Origin: Octopus vulgaris
Taxonomy: Eukaryota
DNA length: 64,000 nucleotides
NCBI GenBank assembly: GCA_951406725.2
Contig: OX597814.1
Location: forward strand, 102,982,001 to 103,046,000
Reading direction: 5' to 3'
This document shows positions 47,510-60,554 of this stretch, in pieces. How positions within the stretch are numbered: the stretch's first letter is position 1; every line of letters starts with the position of its first letter. Both the position numbers and the translations under genes were made by a program. The notes under the pieces are model-generated. The model was given only the letters and a program-made list of their open reading frames with translations, did not search any database and had not been told where the DNA came from.

Positions 47510-48196
47510 TGTAAGGGTCTAGCTTGACCCTGCCTAAGATTTGAAACCAAATCCACCGGCTTGTTGCTTGTCAAAACGAGCGGGAAATCTTCCACACTAG
47601 ATGATTGAGGATACACTCCACCCCCTAGGACCTGTATTGGTCAAGGAAAGGTCAATCCTTTGTTTAAGGTTTGACCTACATTACTGACCACAGCCTATAT
47701 AACAGAATTTTCTATCTCTTCCTCTGATGTGTCAGCTATGACCAAGGAACAACACTTAGATATCAGCCAGACCAAGGGGCAGCACCCGCTTTTGCATCAG
47801 CCTTAACCAAGAGCAGCACTTCCCTTTGCTCAACATGCAAAGAGAGGCTTTCGGTCGTAAGAAAGGCGATGCCGCCTTTATCCTTTCTTGTCAGCACCAT
47901 GACTACCTTACTCTTTCCCTCTCTACTAACAGACAACCTTTTTCTACAGAGCTACTGCTAACCAGCGTGTCATCCTTGTCATCACTATCACTAGAATTGC
48001 TACTGTCTCTATAACAACCTGTCGGGTAAACGAATAAATATATGTAAATAACATTTCTTCCTTCTTGGAGTTAATTCTTCGATGTTCATTGGTTACTCTG
48101 ACGTGAGAACCTTGAAGTGTTACATTTACACGCTACGTTTAGTAGTGGGCTGTATCATATCAAATTGATATGGCACATCGCAAGAAGCCTGCTACA
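47510..48196 (+). mobile_element. Possible solo LTR
   Basis: Starts TGTAAG; TATATAA near 47696; AATAAA near 48033; candidate ..TACA ends at 48124, 48130 or 48196. TSD imperfect (TATA/TATG). Confidence 0.4.
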
Positions 48197-48564
48197 TATG
48201 TTTCTTTGATCTCGAAAGCTTTAGATTTAAAGCAATTGATGAGAAAAAGACCTCCTGGTTAGAATTCTTGCCTACTGTTGCTTCCATTTCTTGACCTCTT
48301 GGTGAAGTAAAGTATTTGGGATTAAATGTTGAGGAATACCATAAATATGTTTGGTAGGAACAAACTTCGGTTGACTCCGGATCTGTTGCTTTAATTCTCT
48401 ACATGAAGTTTGGTGCTTTGCCTCTGTTGTTGATATTCTTATCAGATCTAAACTGTTGATTGTGGCAATGAGCTTTTAGCAATGTCAAAAGTTACACTAT
48501 TGATCTATTCTGTGAATTAACAATAAAGGGTTTAATTAATGTAGTTGAGGACTATGATGTCTCT

Positions 48565-50158
48565 TATTCATCATAGTCCTCCAGGCAATAACAGAGGAAT
48601 TCAAGACAAGCTGCCCCTGGGAGCTCCTCTATGCTGATGACCTTGCTCTAATTGCTGAGTCACTACCAGAACTATAGGAAAAGTTTCAGGTGTGGAAGTA
48701 AGGTCTAGAATTGAAGGGCCTTAGAGTCAATGTAACAAAAACTAAAGTATTAGTAAGTAGGAAGGCAGACAACCCACAAATCCCTTCAGGTAGATGGCCC
48801 TGCTTGATCTGTAGAAAAGGTGTAGGTAGAAACTCTATAAATGTACCCAGTGTAAGCTATGGACACATAAGAGATGCAGCAATATCAGAGGAAGGCTAAC
48901 TGGGAAGATAGTTTTGTATGTGGCAAATGCTTCTGTCACATTCCAGGGAGGAAAACTAGAAGTAGTTGATAGCTTCCGTTACCTAGGTGACCAAGTCAGT
49001 AGCAGGAGTGGATGCTCTGAAAGTGTAGCTGCTAGAATAAGAATAGCCTGGGCAAAGTTCAGAAAGCTTCTACCCCTACAGGTGACAAGGGGCCTCTTGC
49101 TCAGAGTAAAAGGTAGACTGCATGACGCATGTGTACAAACAGCCATGCTACATGGCAGTGAAAGATGGGCTGTGACTACTGAGGACATGCATAAGCTTGC
49201 AAGGAATGGAGCGAGTATGCTCTGCTGGATGTGTAATGTCAGTGTGCATACACCACAGAGTGTAAGCGCCCTGAGAGAAAAGTTGGATTTAAGAAGCATC
49301 AGATGAGGTGTGCAAGAGAGACAACTGCACTGGTATAGTGATGTCTTGCTATGAATGAGGATAGCTGTATGAAAAAGTTTCACACCCTAGCAGTTGAGGG
49401 AACTTGTGGAAGGGGTAGACCCAGGAAAACCTGGGATGAGTTGGTGAAGCATGACCTTTGAACATTGGGCCTTACTCAGGCAATGACTAGTGACCGGAAC
49501 CTTTGGAGATATGCTGTACTTGAGAAGACCTGACAAGCCAAGTGAGACCATAGCCCATGGCCTATGCCAGTGGGTGTAACCAGCCCATTTATGAATACCC
49601 TTCATTCATTGGGCAATAAACCTTGCTTGTGAAGACCTATTGAGGTAAGTGGAATCAAAATCAAAATTGCTGATGTGGCTGATGACAGTACTGCCTGATT
49701 GGCAATTGTGCCAGTGGGATATTGAAAGCACATCTGAGCATGATCATTGCCAGGGCCATGGATTGGTTCCTGTGCTGGTGGCACGTAAAAAGCACCATTT
49801 GAGCATGATTTTTGCCTTACCGGCACATGTGCTGGTGGCACATGAAAAGCAACATTCAAGCATGGTCATTGCCAGTGCTGCCAGACTGGCTCCTGTGCAG
49901 GTAACATGTAAAAACACCTTTTGAGTGTGAGTGTGGTCGTTGTCAGAACCACCTGACTGGCCCTTGTTCCGGTGGCACGTAAAAAGCACCCACTACACTC
50001 TCAGAGTGGTTGGCGTTAGGAAGGGCATCCAGCTGTAGAAACTTTGCCAGACCAGGTTGAGCCTGGTGCAGCCTCTGGCTCACCAGTCCTCAGTCAAACC
50101 GTCCAACCCATGCCAGCATGGAAAGCGGACGTTAAACGATGAAGATGATGATGATGAT
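48565..50158 (+). mobile_element. RTE LINE 3' portion
   Basis: CPWELLYADDL, WPCLICRKG, FRYLGDQ, LHGSERW, GRPRKTW; tandem 3' UTR; (GAT)n tail. Confidence 0.9.
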
Positions 50159-50510
50159 TGTTTACTCAATTTCTAATATTGAATTTTGTTTCAATTGTTT
50201 CAGTGTTTAACAAAAGGTCATTTTCAAGATGACTGAGTGGACTGCTGCTAATTCAGAGGTCATAAGTTCAAGTCTGTTGCTGGCATTTCTAGTCAGAAAA
50301 CTTTTATTATTCACAATTGTCATCTCTCACTTGCCTTTCCAGAAATAGGTCCCGCATCCTTTGGGAATTACTGGTATTTCATTCAGGGACAGGTTTGTCT
50401 CTTATCAACTTAGTGAATTATAAAAACACAAATTTCTGTAACAAAAAAAAAACTCTTAATTTTGTTTTCTGTTTATTTTGTGATTATTGTTATTCCTTAT
50501 CAAAGTTCAG

Positions 50511-50614
50511 ATCTTTTAGATAATCCAAAAGATGTCATGTCTGTTTACTTAGGTCTTGTAGACATTCTTTTTGCATATTCATACGATGTTCGCACAACAG
50601 AAGGAGAGAAAACT
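50511..50614 (+). CDS. SHQ1: SHQ1 coding exon 9 (YLLDNPKDVMSVYLGLVDILFAYSYDVRTTEGEKT)
   Basis: Hallmark SHQ1-domain motif L.DILFAY.Y..R.TEGE; GTAAGT donor; phase 1 to 0. Confidence 0.97.
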
Positions 50615-53600
50615 GTAAGTGTTCAACATATTTTGATTAATGTTTGTGAGAAATGTCCAATATATGGTTGTTTATACTCAATTGTTAATCAGATTATCTT
50701 TTGCAACCATTTCTGTCTGAAAACTATAAATTTTCCTCCTTTCATACAAGGCTTGAAAATAAACCAAAAGAGATGGGCTTGAAGCTGCAATGACTCCTAG
50801 ATAATGACTAAACGTTGTTTAGTAAACTTTCTGTTGTTATATTGAGGTTAGATTAATCTGTTACTAAACCGTTTCTGTTCACTACAATTCATTTGTTATT
50901 ATTGTGTAACTCTAAAAGGTAGCTCTGAGATGTGATCTATTATTCAAGCACTTATCCAAATGTCTATTTTCCAGGCTTGTATGATTTGGACAGCATCTTT
51001 TTCCAGCCCAGCATCTCAGCCACTTGTTGCTGTCCATTTTCAATTTCTTTGCAAGATTCAAATTCTTGAAATCTACTTCCACCATTTCTTCTTCATCTTC
51101 CACAGGTTCTTTCCTCTTAGATGGCTTGGCTCTTCTTTACCTGTCATCTGCCATACAGTCTTTTCTTTTTCGACACCATATCTCATTCCTTTTGGCTCAT
51201 TCATGCTCTGTTGCTCATGTACACTTATATTACACATCCAGCAGGGCATGTTTGCCTCCTTTCTTCCAAGCTTCTACACATTCTCTACAATCGGTGTCCA
51301 TCTTTTGCCACCATACAACATCACACTTCATACACAGCCACCATACAAAGTAACTTTTTCTGTGTTTCGTTGATCACTCTCTGCCGTCATATATTTAATT
51401 GCACCTTCAACTGTATGGCTGTCAATTTCAACAGCCGCTGGTCCCTGTGTCGGAGCAGACTCTCTTGTTTGTATTCTGCTTGTTGAGTAACCACTCGTTA
51501 ACATCTTCATACCTCTTTTTGCAAACGTCCATGAAGGGAAGTGATTTGTGAATGTTGCCAAAGCTCATCATCTTTATTTATGTTGATACACTCCACTTCT
51601 CTCTTTTTTTCCCCCATTCTTTTGAAGCATGTCTTTTAGCTCTCTCTACAGTTCCATTCCTTTGAGATCTGTCTTTTAGCTCTCTCTCTACAGTTCCACC
51701 ACTATTCCCACTTTCTGTCTGAATCCCTTTTCCATCTAAAGATCTGCTATGTGGTTTGCAGCGTGCCAGTGGCACGTAAAAAGCACCAACTGATCGTGGA
51801 CGCTGCCAGCCTCCCCTGGCACCTGTGCCGGTGGCACGTAAAAAGCACCCACTACATTCAGAGTGGTTGACGTTAGGAAGGGCATTCAGCTGTAGAAACA
51901 CTGCCAGATCAGATGAGCCTGGTGCAGCCTCCTGGCTTCCCAGATCCTGGTTGAACCGTCCAACCCGTGCTAGCACGGAAAACGGACGTTAAACGATGAT
52001 GATGATGTATTCTTAATTTCCCTCTTTCTCCTTTTTCTTATCAGATGTGTCACATCACATGTTTTTGTGCCTCTTTAAGGAATCTTTCATCTTCCATCTC
52101 TTCTTTCTCCAGATTGTCTTATGTCTTTCAGTCCATTTAGCTCTTGTCCTGACATCACTGATCGGCATTGAGTGCCATATTTTTCATCAGGAAAGAACAC
52201 AGTATTTGCAGCCAATTGTGGCTTGTGTATTTACCATGTTGTCGGATGGTTTGCTGATGTTAGTGTTACGATTGGCTTGGGCATTTGCATCTCAGAAGAG
52301 TCTGGGACTCCCCATTCTTTGTACCATATCTGTAACCTCTATACAAACCAGTGGCCATCATGATGTCCATATTGCACTCAATTTCCTATTTGTGATAAAC
52401 GAGATTGCTGTCATTTTTCTTATCATCATAGTTTGTAAAAACAACTCACAGAGGCAATATCTTATCTGTCCTGCCATCCTGTGGTGCCTTAGCAGAGATC
52501 ATTGTTGTCTATGACTACTCTAAATTTAATTACCCTGTCACACACTTTGATTACCACTCTTAATCGATCTCTCTCTCTCTATATATATTTCTCTACCAAC
52601 CATGTCTACTTCATTCATCTCAAGTGTTATTCTTCATCCAGAAGTTCCTACTCCTGTATTCCTCATCTGTGAGGAATCTGGCTGATGCTCCCATCCCTCA
52701 TTTCATTTATACACAACATATCTACTCCAGCATCACCTTACTGGCACTTGTGCCCGTGCTAGTAGGGTGCCAAAAGCACCATCCAAGCGTGATCGTTGCC
52801 AGAGCAGCCAAATGACTTCCGTGCCAGTGGCACGCAAAAGGGCACCATTCGAGCGTGATCGTTACCAACGTTACCTTACTGGCACCTGTGCTGGTGGCAT
52901 GTGTAAAAAGATTCGAGCAAGGTACCACCTGACTGGCCCCCAGTACCACCTGACTGGCTCCCATGCCGGTGGCACATAAAAATGCACCCACTACACTCTT
53001 GGAGTGGTTGGCATTAGGAAGGGCATCCAGCTGTAGAAACTCTGCCAAATCAAGATTGGAACCTGGTGCAGCTGTCTAGTTTGCCAGACCTCAGTCAAAT
53101 CGTCCAACCCATGCTAGCATGGAAAGCGGATGTTAAACGATGATGATGATTTTCTATGCTTGCATAGCTCAGGGAGAATTTGTAGAGGCAGACTTTCTGC
53201 AGCTGGATGCCTTCCCTGTTACCAACCATTACTTGTTTCCAAGCAAGGTAATATTTCTTCATAGCTTAGCATATTTTTCCTGGAAGACTGGAAGCAAATA
53301 ACTTTAGTTAAATGACACCGATACTCATTTACGACCATCATGTGATATCTGCATTGATCTACCTGACAAGCTGTCTCTCTGTCCGTCTCACTCAAGCTTC
53401 TTTCAGTTTTTGTCTATCAGTCCACTCATAATGCTGTGGCTGGCCTGGAGTTAAAATATGAGACACTGAACCCAAGGCAAGATGGTTGAGAAGCCTTAAC
53501 CACAGCTGTGCCTGCTGTTTATCAGACTGGTGATTGTGGCAGTCCTTAAATGGGTTTCTTACCCCTAATAGTAATGTAGTCACTTCCCACAGTTATCTCC

Positions 53601-54221
53601 TGTGTCGAGCCAATAATGGAGTCTGTAAATCAGTTGGGAGCAAGCTGTGGAGCTTTCTGATTGGCACACCTAACAAAATAATTATCATGAACGCTTTTTG
53701 TAGTGTGGCTCACTTGATGATGAGCCAGGCCTCATGTGGTTCACTTCTTGAAAAAGGTTACTGTGGCCTGCTGTAAGAGGTCGTTCAACCTGCTTGATAT
53801 AGCTGCCAACATACTCTCCCATCTTAAAGAATGGATACACTGTCTGAAGACATTGTAGAGGCAGTCATGGTCGATTATCAATATGCTGACAACAATAGCA
53901 GCAACAAGCATCAACAGCTGTGCTGTGTCCCGTGACATCTTAACATCTCAGAAGACATTCTTTTACTAAAGTTGTGGGCGATACTTCAGAGGTGATTTTT
54001 GCTATACATCAGAAAATGTAGAATATTGTCAGAAGAGTGCAAACTTTTGTTACATCTGAAAACTCATGATATTTCAGGAATGTTTTCTCGGTGACATTTA
54101 ACACACCTCAAATATTGTTTACTCACATTCTGTACTTACCCCACCATTTCTTTTTCATTTTGCTGTGTATAAATGGGACACACACACAACAACAACAATA
54201 ATAATGTTAACTTTCTTTCAG

Positions 54222-54275
54222 GTAGAATCTGGTTGGACTGTAGCAAAGTTGAGTTCTACATTAAGTTGTTTTGAA
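54222..54275 (+). CDS. SHQ1: SHQ1 coding exon 10 (VESGWTVAKLSSTLSCFE)
   Basis: CAG acceptor; VES.W...KLS.TL motif; GTAAGT donor; phase 0 to 0. Confidence 0.96.
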
Positions 54276-54893
54276 GTAAGTTGATGTTTCCTTTATTATG
54301 TCTGCTTTTCAAAGTTATTTGCAGAAGTTTTGAGTTTTTGACTCGAGGTAGATTATTTCTACATCTTATGCACTGACAGGATGTTGATGTAATGCACATT
54401 AAAACATAATGCTGCCTATTTAATGCACCTAAAAAATGTTGCTCTGCTTCAAGCATCAGAAACTTCTTTAAATCTAAAATATAAAAAATTTTTTAGAGGC
54501 AACTACTGCTGTTGTTTTGCTCACTTTTCTCACAGTTCACACGTCCTAAATGTGCGTGCTATTGTTGTGGGGTGTTTAGGATCTATTCTCTGATGTTATT
54601 GGTACCTGTTTTATGATCGCTAGAGGAAGATAGGTTTAACCACTTAAATATGACCGAGTGTGTGTAAAGACTACATTTGTAATAGCGTAAGCTATCAGTA
54701 TCAGTCTGAAATAAATACCATTCAGATATTGTTGTTGAAAATAGTTTGTAACTCTATAAACTTCTAGAAACCTCTAAACAAAGGAATTAATAATGGTAAA
54801 TGTTGACACTGTTCTTGAATCTGATTTCTGACCAGTATTTCTTGCTCTTTGTAAATATAGTTCTTTGTTTTCTATCCACCACAATACTTGCAG

Positions 54894-55017
54894 ACATACA
54901 TCAGTTTAAAAGACGTTATAATTGCCTCTTTCCGACGCAGTTTGTCTTATCCACTCTATCGAAACTGGCAATTATCCATGGCTGTTCTTTCTGATGTTCA
55001 ATTCCTTTTTAATTCTG
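54894..55017 (+). CDS. SHQ1: SHQ1 coding exon 11 (TYISLKDVIIASFRRSLSYPLYRNWQL..FNS)
   Basis: CAG acceptor; RRSL.YPLYR motif; GTAAGT donor; phase 0 to 1. Confidence 0.96.
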
Positions 55018-56088
55018 GTAAGTCCATCATCATCGCCATCTACTACTACCACCACCACCACCACCACCAAAATGTTAATATCTAAGTGAAAGCATGGCTG
55101 TTTGGTAACCAGTGCTGGTGCTACATAAAAGTGCCTGTGTGGTGCCATGTAAAAGCACCCAACACATTCTGTAAAGTGGTTGGCATGTTAGGAAGGGCAT
55201 GCAGCTGTAGAAGCTATACCAAATCAGACTGGAGCCTGGTGCAGCCCCACAGCTTGCTAGCTCTGGTGAAATTGTCCAATGCTATAGTAGAAGACACTTG
55301 CTTATGGTTCCACACAGTGGCAGTGAACCCAGAACCATGTGGTTGGGAAATAAACTTCTTACCACACAGCCATGCCTGCACTTCTGGTTAAGACTTTTGA
55401 ACATTTTCTTAGAGTCCTTACTAATGTCAGCTGGAATAAGTTGAGCTTTCTCATAAACTATTTCTGAATGAACCACTAAACGACAGTCCACTAATAAAAG
55501 TATGTTACTGCTTTGCAACTTGGTGACAATATGTCACCAATATCTGCAAGGCCTTAAAGACTCTTTCACTCTGCAACTTCACATTTGTGAAGAGTTATTT
55601 GCAGGAGTTCAATATGCAACAGCTGAGAGTCACCAATTCATCATCATCATTTATCGTCCACCTTCCATGCTGGCAAATAGCATTATTGTAAAATACAAGT
55701 TTGGATTTGTCGATCCTGTTTGATCAAGAGAAGAGATCTTCATTCCTAGTTGTGTGGGAGAAGAGCTCAATTGTAACTGTCATGTCTGATCCAACTTTCT
55801 GAAAATAGTGTAGATTCCTTTCCTGTATATATTCAAAGCAGCCACAGTCTAGATGGCCGACACATGAAGCTATATGTAATAGGAGACAAAACAAGGGTTA
55901 CTTTGTTAGGTGTTTGCAATGCCCCTCCCTCAACCAATATTTCCACAGGTCAATCAATATTGACAATATTAGCTTTACAAGCTACCCCCAGCATTAAGAA
56001 GATTCACTGCATTTTGTGACCTCCTCGCCTTGTTGCACTTCGTATGTTTCTATTGCACAACCCTAACTAAAGTTATTTTACTCTTTAG

Positions 56089-56209
56089 GCCGACTACATA
56101 TTCTAAAATGTTTGCTGGAAGTGAAAGAACTAATGCAGGAATATAATTTGAACCACATTCTTAACGATCTCTACATTACAGACTATTGTGTCTGGATACA
56201 GACAGCATG
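56089..56209 (+). CDS. SHQ1: SHQ1 coding exon 12 (GRLHILKCLLEV..ILNDLYITDYCVWIQTA)
   Basis: TAG acceptor; LKCLL and LNDLYI.DYCVWIQ motifs; GTAAGT donor; phase 1 to 2. Confidence 0.97.
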
Positions 56210-58420
56210 GTAAGTTACACTTCAGCAGTTATTATCCCCCCCCCCACATCGCTTTTAGTGTTGCCTGCCAATCTATAGAAACATTTTGGCCGGTAGGGTT
56301 TTAATGACTAAATAGGTTTCCATGCTTGGTGAATGTATGAAGGGAGGTGAGGAGTTTATGAGTGTGTGTGTGGTATGGCTGTAATTGAAGGACTCCGTAT
56401 AGCCTGCCTTGTAAGATTCGGCAAAGTCAGAAAACTTGGTTGCGGTTGGAGAACTGCATTGATTCACAGATCAAACCTTGTCTGGCTGTTGGTTACAGAA
56501 AGTGGCTTCGACAATATAAATAGGTTGTATTTTGGTCTACATTTCTGAATTGTAATGTTGAGGTATTAAACCTGCCACCATTTTTATTTCTTTTGATGGG
56601 TGATTTTTCTCTGGCATTGGATGCTCCCAGTGATCCTAATCTCTTATCTCTGTGAGGCTCAGCCTCCCAGGGATCAGTCTTCCATGGTTTCCCTCTTTCA
56701 CAAGCTCCATCCACTTTGAGCATCCTGCACAAATTAAAGTGGCTGGTTGACAGGAGTAATGGACATGAAGGTGGAACAGGAAGACATGGCTAATAATGAT
56801 AATGGAGGAATAAATGAGGGTGAAGGCAAATGTAGAGGATATCATTCAACCATGGTAGGGGTTGAATATATTCTTAAGTCCACCATTTTGTCAATTGCAG
56901 CAAGCTTCACCACTAATTCAGTTCTCAACTAAATTGCAAACTGTTAATAGTCTTAAAGAGGACATTTCCTCAGCTACACTTTGGCATAAATAGTTTGAGA
57001 TTTAGTTCAGTAGAAAAAAAAAGTTACATCAAAATATGTGGGGTCTAAAGCTGGGCAGTAAGGCAGGTATCCTTCAATTAGCATAAATTTTTTTAATTTT
57101 AAAATAAAAGTATACTTTTCTTAGGCTTAAATGATAGAAAAATGTATGAGGAATTCAGAATTATTAGCTTCTTTGAACAAAAATTAGTAGAAAATAAGTT
57201 GAGGTGAAATGTCATGGAATTTCAAGTCGGTAAGTGAGGAAACAAGTCAGTAATGCTCCAAGCAATAATGTTATAAGAATATATTTCTAAAATGAATGTT
57301 TACATTCTAACATGACGAGTTGGCAGAAACATTAGTGAGCCGGGCAAAAAGCTTGGTGGTATTTCGTCTGTCTTTTCATTCTGAGTTCAAATTCCACCAA
57401 GGTCAACTTTACCTTTTGTATATCTTATTTTTTTTAATTAAGTATTTAATGAAGTTATTTTTGATATGCTGTTGAATTAGAGTAAGTTTAACTTTTATTA
57501 TTAATTTTCTCTTTAAACTTTTTTTGCTTTTCCTTTTTAGTTAATTATTTAATCAGGCTAGTTCATTAATATGTTATCTGATCAGATATGTGCAGCTAAA
57601 TTTATTGGGGCAGGAATACAATAATTTTTGGTCGTGTCTCTATGAGCATTCCTGAAGGCATGTAATAAGGCTGTCCAGAAAAGACATTGGTTAAAAGTGC
57701 TTATATCCTAAATTTATTTTTTAAATTTCAAAATTAATTAAAAGGGATTTTTCATAAATGAAATTTATATTAATGGGATGTAGGTAATTTTAACTTGTGT
57801 ATATCTGATATGCTTTTATAATTACTGTTGTATTGAATAATTATTGATAGATCTAGATTAGCACCAGTCAGTGCTGTTATCACCAACTCAAAATCTAGGT
57901 TACTTAAGGTGAGCCTGGTATCTGATGATGGTTTTGGGGTCTTGTTGTTTTTAACTTTTGGTGAGCCATGGTGCAACCAACAAGATGGTAAAATTCCTTG
58001 CCATTAATTTGGTGTGGATGGGTAACATCAAATAATTCAATCACAACATCATCATCATCTAATGTCTGTTTTTCATACTAGCATGGGTTGGACGATTTGA
58101 CTGAGGTCTGGCGAACTAGAAGGCTGCACCAGTCTCCAATCTGATCTGGCAGAGTTTCTACAGCTGGATGCCCTTCCTAACGCCAGCCACTCCGAGAGTG
58201 TAGTGGGTGCTTTTACTTGCCACCCAGGCGGTACTGGCAACGGCCACGCTCAAATGGTGCTTTTTAGGTGCCACCTGCACAGGAGCCAGTCCAGCGGCAC
58301 TGGCAACATCATATATTTAAATTAAACATGAAAAAAATTGAAATATCTTTCAGTATTTTATAAGTTCTAATCTTAAATTAATAATTGACACATTATTAAT
58401 TATCTTGTAATAGCAATGCC

Positions 58421-58881
58421 TGGAAAAATGTGAGCATGGAAAGTAATATTCTTAAGATTATAAACCTGAAAAAGTATAGGACCAACTATTACATCTAGTA
58501 AAGTAAAGTAAAAGAAACTTTTTACTTAAAATATTGCAGCTAAAATTAAAATATCAAAAATTATTTTATTATAGTTTACAAATAACACTATACTTATTTA
58601 AGTAGACTTTGGCTAATTTACTACCTTAAATACGGAAAAAAATGACTAATTAGACAAACTTACAGTTTTGTACAATAAATTTAAAAGATGAGAACTGTAA
58701 AGAGTGATAAATTAGAAGAACTGGCATTCTTTGCTGCAATATTTTAAGTTTAAAGTTTCTTATTCCTTACTTTACTTGAAGTAATAGCTTGTCCTATACT
58801 TTTCCAGGTGTAATAACTTGTCCTATACTTTTCCAGGTTTATAATCTTAAGAATATTACTTTCCATGCTCACATTTTCCCA
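58421..58881. mobile_element. MITE-like element with ~60-bp terminal inverted repeats
   Basis: GAAAAATGTGAGCATGGAAAGTAATATTCTTAAGATTATAAACCTG..AGTATAGGAC is mirrored at 58820-58881; AT-rich interior. Confidence 0.7.
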
Positions 58882-59495
58882 TGTAATGACAAAAACTTTA
58901 GCAAGGGAGATGGCTTTAAAACACTTGTTGTCGTTGTACTTCTTTATACATTATACAACTGTCATCCCTACACACACAATACACCTGTACATCTAATTCC
59001 GCTAGAACCAGTTTTTCTGTCAGCTCATTTGTACCCAATTAACATTACACAACCAATGGAACATACTTAATTTCTTTCTAGTTTTCACTCAATACTTGGC
59101 ATTCAGATCCCATGCCTCACAACCATGCAGCATTTGCAGTTTGTACACAAGCATCATACGATCTTCCTTTCAATCTGAGAGAGAGAAAGGAACAGAAAAT
59201 AACTCCCTGAACTTACCTCCAGCCTGGTCTTTGACTATGATACTTTCAGAACATCCTCTTCTGCTGCCAATTAATTGGCAGATTGTGCTGTCAATGCCAC
59301 GGTTCAGTAGAGTGGAATAACCAGAGAAATTGCAAGTTGCATGACACAGGCCTGAAAATGTTTGTAATGCTACAGGCGTCAAAAGCAAACCCTCTGTCTT
59401 CCCTATATCCTGAACATTAGTGATATCACACAATAATATACTGACTTTCTAAATCTACTTTGGTATCAAATATTTTATTTTAATCTATTTCCCAG

Positions 59496-59535
59496 TGCTA
59501 AACAACTTCAATCTCTGGCAACCGAATTATCAAAG
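59496..59535 (+). CDS. SHQ1: SHQ1 coding exon 13 (CAKQLQSLATELSK)
   Basis: CAG acceptor; GTAAGG donor; phase 2 to 0 bridges exons 12 and 14; L..LA..L pattern. Confidence 0.88.
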
Positions 59536-60554
59536 GTAAGGATTTCTTCAAGTGTTTGTCCTTCATTGTTACAATGTTTGTCTACAAGTGACTTGTTCCT
59601 GAAATACATAACCATTGTCGTATTGCAAACTAAACTAAATGCCGAACATGGGTTAACTTGATAAAAGACAATTCTATCTGTGATTTTAGAAATAAGGTAA
59701 CTGATGATAATGGAATTGAAAAAACAAGATGAGATCAATAATTTATTTCATTTTTTTGTATTTGGTTTGCAAGATTCTTGAGGTGAACTTGTGTGTTGAA
59801 ACAAATTTTGATGTATCTTGGGAAGGTCATTATGCCAATAATAAACACACAGTTCCTGTTTCACTTCTTTATTAATTATCTATTTAACTAATCAATCAAT
59901 CAGTTATGTTTATCAAAGTCCTTCTGCCATCATCATTCATGACCTCTTCAATGATATCTCAAGTTCAGGTCAGTGTCAGGTCTAGCTGTCTTTTAGCTTT
60001 CATCATCGTCATTTAATGTCTGCTTTCTATGCTAGCATGGGTTGGACGTTTTGATTGGAATTGGTAAGCTGGAGAGCCGTACCAGGTTCCAGTCTGATTT
60101 AACTTAGTTTCCACAGCAATATGCCCTTCTTAATGCTAACGATTCCAAGAGTGTAGTGGGTGTTTTTTGCATGTCACTGGCACCAACAAAGGTAGAAGCA
60201 CTTAGAGCTTTGACCTTCACTGTTGACTTGGTCACCTGGATAATGGAAGCGATCAACTACTTCTAAGCACCCCCCCCTCCTCGGCATTAGCTAGAGCCTA
60301 TTTTCTGTACATTTCTAGTGTTTACTGCCACACGCAGAGACTATTTTCCCTGTTAACCGTCCTCTGATATTGCTGCACCTCTCATGTATCCATAGCTTGC
60401 ACCGGATACACCTCATAGAGTTTCTAACTACGCCTTTTCTACATATCGATCAGGGCCGTCCACCTGAAGAGATTTGTCTGCTTTCCTATTTAATAAGACT
60501 TTGATTTTTGCTAAATTAACTCTAAAGCCTTTTGACTCCAGACCTTGCTTCCAC

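Larger units (their letters stand above)
47401..50510 (+). other. U12-type (minor spliceosome) GT-AG intron of SHQ1
   Basis: 5' site GTATCCTTC; branch-like TTCCTTATC at 50493-50501, followed directly by AAAGTTCAG with no pyrimidine tract. Joining gives in-frame KKQ-Y-LLD. Confidence 0.85.

Noticed and set aside
53530-54070. Possible decayed Tc1-like or other coding fragment
   Set aside because: Only a vague TIR-like word and no readable DDE motifs.
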